From contig NC_134025.1 in assembly GCF_964204645.1 (NCBI RefSeq), positions 21,866,299-21,930,298 on the forward strand: a stretch of DNA of 64,000 bases, read 5' to 3'. Each line of letters starts with the position of its first letter. Position 1 is the first letter of the stretch. The notes beneath the pieces are model-generated. The model ran no database searches and had not been told where the DNA came from. It saw only the letters and a program-made list of their open reading frames with translations. Positions 58,301-64,000 of the stretch are shown piece by piece. The position numbers and the translations under genes were made by a program. Source of the stretch: Tubulanus polymorphus (Eukaryota > Animalia > Nemertea).

Positions 58301-61183
58301 AGAGACCACCGTCATCGTCACTCCTGGTGATTGTCTCTTTTTTAATCTTTCGAACTTGTTTGTATATTGTGGGTTTCTAATCTCATGACCTATTCTCGGC
58401 ATCTGATTGTCTTTTCGACTCATAACGCGCGGTTATTCTGAAAATTGCGATCTAGGTACTAGCCTAATGGTTTAGGGTTTATAAATAAACTAAACGCAAT
58501 ACGACGGGAGTGTCAAATAACACAATGATAATAATAGTATTTATTTCGTCATCAATTAAAGGAAATACAAACATTTCAAAAGGAATATAAAAAAAATGTA
58601 CAGAATTAGCAGATTGATGATACTTAGAATATTGCATTTAGTCGCAGAGCTTTCGGACAAAAATAGTATCTTAATAATTCTATGAGAAAAAATTCTTATT
58701 ATGCTCCCTCGTTCAAGCTTCGTTTGGTTCAGTTTGCAGTGGTATCGATTCAATCAAGAGCAGATATAGAAATACCCGACAACCTGAACTAAGAGGTGAC
58801 AATTACTATTCTACTATTCTATTTTTAGAAGATTGAAGCAGTTCCTAGCCACCAAATCATCAAGTCCTATGATTGAATTAACCTTCCCCCTTTCATCAGG
58901 TGTATTATCCAAGTCATTTCTCTAGTAATTTACCCGAGCGAATTGTCAATGTTCATTGCAGGTAAATTCGTCTGTTAATTGCTCACACGCTCCGATATTG
59001 GCAGGGTCATGCAAAGAGTAACTTAGCGCTGTGAAAGAAGAAATTGTCGCTATGAGCGCGAGATCGAAAAACCCGGAACATGCACAAAATACTTAACACA
59101 ACAATTGGAATAATCATAGAAAAGCTCATTGATGTATTTCTACGTTTCGGCTGTTTCCTAACTTAACAGCCATCATCGAATCCGTATCTGCCCTCCCTGT
59201 AAAGTTATTGGCAACGAAACCCATTTTCTTTATATCGTAAACTTCAAGATAACCTAAGAATTAGATATGAAATTGTAGATTTAAACCTAGATACTTTTCA
59301 TTCGGCCATCGTTGATCCTAACAAACCAATGTTTTTCATTTACAACCATGTACCTTTTGTTTGATTCATGTCGAATAAAATGAAAATGAAATCGGGTTGA
59401 ATAATGAAACACCGATGAAAATTTGAATACGCTTTTCAAAATCTTTCTCATAAACGTTGGTGTTTCCTAATGATGTCTCTACGTGCTTACTGTAGATAAC
59501 ATGCGCTTATTAAAAAAATTCATTCGTGACGAAGGAAAGTGCACAGGTGTATTGAAATATCAGGGTCTAACGATATTGCAATCTATTTATAGCGTTTAAT
59601 ACGATGGAAACGAGTGTCGTCGATTTTCTCGATTTTCGTGCTAAGTTGTTTCGTTCATCAATTATGACTGACCGTACTGATGAAACGGCTCCGGACATAG
59701 CGATATAGCGCTGATTGATCGTCATCTAGTCTTAGCACGTGACAAGGTTTTCGTAGTGCGTAACAGTATGTGTGATGATGAACACTACACTTGTCTGTAC
59801 AATGTCATCCTCCCCACAGGGATTCGAACCTGATCGAGATTGCCACGGTACGAATCCCTGCCACACTAGGCCGAGTGCGCAGCTACACGCGCAGCTTAGA
59901 AAGTGTTATTATTAGCCAATCAGATATCCCGTCTTATTTTAGCCTTGCCGCGCAAAAACTTGTGGCACCAATCAGATTGCTCGCTGTATAAATGCTGAGG
60001 CAAATTTCAAGGAATGCGCAGTTTAGATGATGTCATTATTACCCAATCAGATACCCCGTTTTATTTTAGCCCGGGTTTTCCCATTTTTAGTTCTTTCGCG
60101 AAATTTACCTCAGCGCAATCTGATTGATGCCGCAAGTTTTCGCACGGTAAATCTTGCACATGTACCTGTGCACCCTAGTCCAGTGTGGCATGGGTTCGTG
60201 CCGTGACTGAGTTTTAGCAATGCCATCAGGACCCAGTTCCACAGTTGTGAGTTAGAGTTAACTCTGAGTTAAAGTTAGTTCATTTTCGAAGAGTTAATTC
60301 AGAGTCAAATGTTAACTCAGAACTGTGGAACTGGACCCTGGTTAGAATCCCGGCCTAGGCAGGATGGTAAAGTATGTGATGATAAACACTACCGGTCCGT
60401 AAAAAAAGTTCACACAACAGTATCCACGATGTGAATATATCTGTTTAATACCTCACTTTACGCGGTAATAACTCATTAACAATAACTCGCGTGTCTAAAT
60501 TCACATGCTAGCCCACGCTGCTAAATACTAATTAGCTGCGGATCCTATCGACTATTTGTTACCGAATCGAAGAGGAAAGAAATACCGCCAGACGAACGGT
60601 ATTGAGGGACGTATACGCCGAACGCGAGATGATAGATAAAAAGGACCATGTTTTATAGACGTAAAGGGCGACGAGTCGACCCTTTTTACGATACAGGCTA
60701 GTTACTAGAAAAAATGTCGATGCATTCGTAGATAAGATAGAATATATACATATACACATCAAGTTAATGTGTCTACATATTATCGTTTTGTTGTATTACT
60801 CTTGATAATCACTATGAAAAAGAACTACTATCGTTGATTGGTACTCCTATGTATATCTATTATTCGTTTTTTTGAATGTTATTTGTTGATAATGTGGCGA
60901 GAAACCAAATCCAGCCGTTTGTAATAGTCTGATTTATTCGTGTTTATTGCAGACAGTTCATTTCTTCTGGCGAACGCCCGGATTATAGATTACCCGATTG
61001 TTTATTGTAACGATGGATTCTGCAAGTTGTCCGGCTACAATCGGGCGGACGTTATGCAAAAGAGCAGCACGTGTAAGTTCATGTACGGGGAACTTACGGA
61101 CAAAGAAACGACGCAAAAAATTGAAATGTCGCTGGATGCACAGGAACAGGAACAAGTGGAAATACTGCTTTACAAGAAAAACC
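43364..61183 (+). CDS. eag: Ether-a-go-go (Kv10/KCNH1/5-type) voltage-gated potassium channel, exons 1-2 (PAS-cap and PAS domain); partial
   Basis: Exon 1 43364-43442 [26 protein letters not shown] (C|GTAAGT). Exon 2 60953-61183 [53 protein letters not shown]...EILLYKKN (C|GTAAGT). Phase-1 junction; closely matches the recalled Drosophila eag N-terminus. Intron 1 is 17,510 bp. Confidence 0.95.
44390..44716. mobile_element. Palindromic Penelope-like remnant with degenerate hammerhead motifs and a MITE at its centre
   Basis: Outer ends GAGAGAAATCCGACAATAA / TTACTGTCGGATTCCTCTC. On the - strand: TTGATGA TGGCTAGTTTTTAGCC GAAACGTT (~44462-44492). Confidence 0.6.
44498..44610. mobile_element. Palindromic MITE, same family as 9793-9907
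   Basis: CAGGGCCCGGCTTTATAGACTGATATTTACCTTTAACC ... GGTTAAAGGTATAATACCAGTCTATAAAACTGGCC. Confidence 0.75.
46771..46935 (+). pseudogene. Non-LTR retrotransposon C-terminal zinc-knuckle remnant (RTEX/CR1-like), with a stop and a frameshift
   Basis: [28 protein letters not shown] / [22 protein letters not shown], i.e. a CxxC..EDExHF..C motif. Confidence 0.65.
47100..47731. mobile_element. PIF/Harbinger-like non-autonomous element with TTTAGACCGGTCTAAA subrepeats
   Basis: GCGTTCACACG at the left end and CGTGTGAACGC at the right; multiple AGACCGGTCT palindromes in 47118-47322. The superfamily call is inference from TIR style. Confidence 0.55.
48514..48665. mobile_element. MITE
   Basis: 16-bp TIR AAGCCCGTTGGTGACA / TGTCACCAACGGGCTT. 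Confidence 0.7.
50320..50762. repeat. Four degenerate tandem copies of a ~110-155 bp unit containing AAGATGGCCGCTAGTCAGCCATCTTGAAAGGT
   Basis: The motif recurs near 50323, 50478, 50617 and 50724; probably the interior of a non-autonomous element. Confidence 0.7.
52427..54520. mobile_element. Palindromic Penelope-like (pLTR-type) remnant with degenerate minimal hammerhead motifs; left arm interrupted by the foldback element
   Basis: Left arm 52427-52463 plus 54242-54308 is the reverse complement of the right arm 54415-54520. The right arm reads TATTC CTGAAGA TGACTATTAGAATATAGTC GAAAC GCT GAAT; the left arm on - reads TATTC CTAAAGA ...GAAAC GTC GAATA. Confidence 0.7.
52464..54235. mobile_element. 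Non-autonomous foldback-type DNA element with long inverted arms made of 154-bp palindromic tandem units
   Basis: Ends TATGGTGGCTGATTAGGGCCAAGTT... / ...AACTTGGCCCTAATCAGCCACCATA. Left units start at 52545, 52699, 52853, 53007, 53127 (the fourth is internally deleted); right units are inverted with a marker at 53673, 53827, 53981, 54135. About 380 bp unique centre; flanked by the direct repeat CGAACA. Confidence 0.88.
55830..56056. mobile_element. Palindromic Penelope-like remnant with hammerhead-like cores on both arms
   Basis: Inverted arms GAGAGATATCCC... / ...GGGATTTCTCTC. On +: CTGATGA(55954) TGGCTAATAGTCGTAAGTC GAAACGTT. On -: CTGATGA TGTCCAATAGTCTTTAGCC GAAAATT. Confidence 0.62.
59141..59178 (-). 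ncRNA. Degenerate minimal hammerhead-like motif
   Basis: The - strand reads CGATGA T GGCTGTT aagttagga AACAGCC GAAAC GTA: a 7-bp helix II and GAAAC-GUA are present, but the CUGANGA core is mutated. Confidence 0.45.
60227..60340. mobile_element. Palindromic MITE (degenerate copy at ~36468-36546)
   Basis: CAGGACCCAGTTCCACAGTTGTGAGTTA ... TAACTCAGAACTGTGGAACTGGACCCTG. Confidence 0.75.
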
Positions 61184-61749
61184 GTAAGTCTCCCACTCGT
61201 AGCTTCCTACCGATTTAATCAAAGAAATGGCGTCCCAAAAATTTGAGATTTGGTTACCGAATCCTAGGCCTATCCTCCGAATGTATTTTCATAGAAAAAT
61301 GAAAAAGAAACCTAATCAGCGGCGAATGTTTCGATTCAATCGTCATTTTTCTGAATTATTTAATGTCTCCGCGGGAATCGCGAATGGCCGGAAATTTAGA
61401 AAATCACGTTCAATTACCGGAGTGATCTATCTTCAGTCACAGTCACATCTCGAATGGCGAAAAAAAGTCTTAAGAAATAACGGGGCTACCGAAACTAATC
61501 GATCATTTTGATTTGAACATGCCCATTTGACATTCGAAGGAAATGGTTGAAGAAATCACTTCCTGTGCCTTGGTTATAATCGAAACGGTCACGCATCGCG
61601 AGTGGTAATAGGTCGATGTTGGAATGAAATACTCAGATCGGGGTCAACATCGTTGCTATACACGGCTAGAGCTGGTAACTCGAGGCGTGATTTTTTACTA
61701 CCTATGAAGTGAACCTCATCGAAAATATACACACGTATTCTATAGTACA

Positions 61750-62119
61750 AAGAGAATCCCAAAATATTGAAGAAAAATAAAGTCCTAGAATGTTTCCTTG
61801 AGTTATAGTAGTTTATTCAACGTTTCGACTATATATCTTCAGGAATACCGAATTACAACAGACGCTTATGATGTATATACAATCCAGAACAAAGGCGCTA
61901 AATTAATCAAAAGTGATGCAATGAACTAAGCAAAGATATAACATATAATACAATACATATTTATTCGTCAAATACTTGTATGACAATCTTTCATTGATTT
62001 TGCAGTTGGCGTTTTACCTCTAAACATACGATTAGGTGACATAGAAACACATGGAGGGAAAACTACTAGCTTAAGGGAAAACTTTCGAACCTTATTTTTC
62101 TTGATTATTGTGGGATTCT
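61750..62119. mobile_element. Palindromic Penelope-like remnant, same family as 52427-54520
   Basis: Ends AGAGAATCCCAAAATA / TTATTGTGGGATTCT. On -: TATTC CTGAAGA TATATAGTC GAAAC GTT GAATA at 61814-61847 (helix II partly deleted). The interior CAGAACAAAG...TAATCAAAAGTGAT is shared with 54350-54395 on the opposite strand. Confidence 0.62.
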
Positions 62120-64000
62120 ATCGTCATAAGACGGACATCGTCTCTTACCATCAATCGTGATACATTTACTGTACTATACACTATGATATCAGGCTTCTCG
62201 CCTGGGGAAACATATACATTTTATTTAGAAATCATATGCATAAATTCCATTTTAGTTAACATCGATCGATAGAAAAACATTATGTCGGTATAGTACATAG
62301 TATATATAGTATGTAGTATACCTTGCCTAATAGGGGTTAGCCTCCATACAGGTCTCGATAAAAATCCCTCAGTGCACTTAGATAATTGGTGTTTTGATTT
62401 ATTCAAAAGATATCATCGCACATACTCGGAGTATAGATTGACGAGAATACTGCAACGAATACATGAACGAGAAGTCTGATTCTCGATTTAGATGATACAA
62501 ACGAATCGACACTTTTCATTATTTTAGTGATGGAACCGGCAATGGCGGACCAAGGGGGAGACCAAGGGGGTGGTCTCAGGGGCCCAGAGCCCTTCCTTCC
62601 CATTGAGATTGCCCACTTCGCAAGACAGGATCGTTAAAACCTGGAAATTTGATACTCTTCCTCTCAAAAATTCCAACCTATCTGATATATTTCTTCAAAA
62701 AATATCTAAAACCCAATAGAGGCATTTGACTTGGCTGCTTTATCTGACTGAGAAATGCCTTTTCTGTTCTTCTGGACCCCGGTCTTCCAATTTTCCTACC
62801 CGGCTCTGGACGGCAGATATGTGATCCATTAGTAGCGATCTCGATGAAACGTCCGCGAAAGATCATCAGATATTCTGATACTAAATAGAACTGAATGCGC
62901 TATTGTAACCTGTGTGTGAGTTGGTTGAATTCCGGATGAACGACAAAAATAGCGAAATACCCGAGATAACATCGCCACCCTATAATAAAGTACACAAACG
63001 AACGATAACGAATCCGCAGCAGTTCGGAATGTATACATCTGATTTAGTTTTCCATCGCTTTTCATAACGCACGAACCAACACAACAAAAATGCCCGACGG
63101 CAATTTTTGTTCCGAACTCCGAATAGATCTAAACGCAGCGCAAAATTCTCGCACAAAAATATTATATTTAGTTTTAAACCTACGGGAAAATTCGTACAAT
63201 TTCGGAAATCGATGCCTTTGTTAAAAAAATAATGTATACGCATATGAACCCATGATGCACATGACATGATAATTCCAGTTTTGAAATAACTTGCAATAGA
63301 CCTATACGCTGTAAAGCATATTTGGTGTAACTTTCTGTCCCAAAGAAGTTCCAATTTTCTTAGAATAATCGTACGCATTTCTGAGACCGATCTCGGCGAC
63401 AGATTCCTCATAAATTCTAAAGTATGAGCGAATCTCTGATATGATATGGTCGAAATGGTGTTATAACAAATCGGTCAGGTAAAATCGAAAACATTGAGCG
63501 AAAATATGAAATTCCGTAGATATCTTGCCGTGAAACATGAAATATCAAATTTGATGCCTGAATCATATCATTTTCAACTGTGATCGAAAATGAAAATAAT
63601 AAATTACGATTAACTGTCATCATATACAAGAAGAACATCAAATAACATAATGCATCTCGTTAAAGCGTCTTTAGTTCAAATCCCGTCCAAATGCATGCAA
63701 CGGAAGTATCAGTAGGAGTTTATGCAAAATCTATCTTACGACCATGGACGTCCATGGTACGACGTACATACCTACTGAATGTACTCGATATGACTTGTTA
63801 TCGACAATGTTATCCGCCAAATCCATATCCATCGCAATTACACGCGCTAGCAATTTTTCACTTACTCGAAAATCGGTTGCGTTTTTCACCGGTACCGCAC
63901 CAGATAACGAAAGGATGCCTTAAGAATCTTATCGATCCCTTCAAATCTTCTTATAACGATCATGTACCCACTGCGCATACCACCAAAGCCCGGGCGTATA

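Noticed and set aside
59670-59690. CTGATGAAAC hammerhead-like string (also ~50114)
   Set aside because: No helix II between CUGAUGA and GAAA, so it cannot form the core.

Overview
Intron-rich eukaryotic (invertebrate animal) genomic DNA; a lophotrochozoan origin is plausible but is inference only. I traced six protein-coding genes exon by exon from GT-AG sites and frame continuity: (1) first coding exon of a TRIM9/TRIM67 E3 ligase (-, 5785-6573; no further exon recognised in the window); (2) mitochondrial ribosomal protein L4 (-, 10 exons); (3) RTRAF/C14orf166 (+, 8 exons), head-to-head with MRPL4; (4) a ~37-exon nidogen (-, ~1,980 aa) whose rod has about 22 EGF modules, including an array of recently duplicated exons whose boundaries fall inside the EGF fold; (5) an unrecognised gene with an all-Cys RING-like motif and an acidic tail, divergent from nidogen; (6) the first two exons of an ether-a-go-go K+ channel separated by a 17.5 kb intron. 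Introns hold MITEs, SINE/LINE remnants, a 1.8 kb foldback element built from 154-bp palindromic tandem units, and a family of palindromic elements carrying degenerate Penelope-type minimal hammerhead ribozyme motifs. Most ORFs in the supplied track are spurious or are exon fragments. All coordinates were counted by hand and no database search was run.
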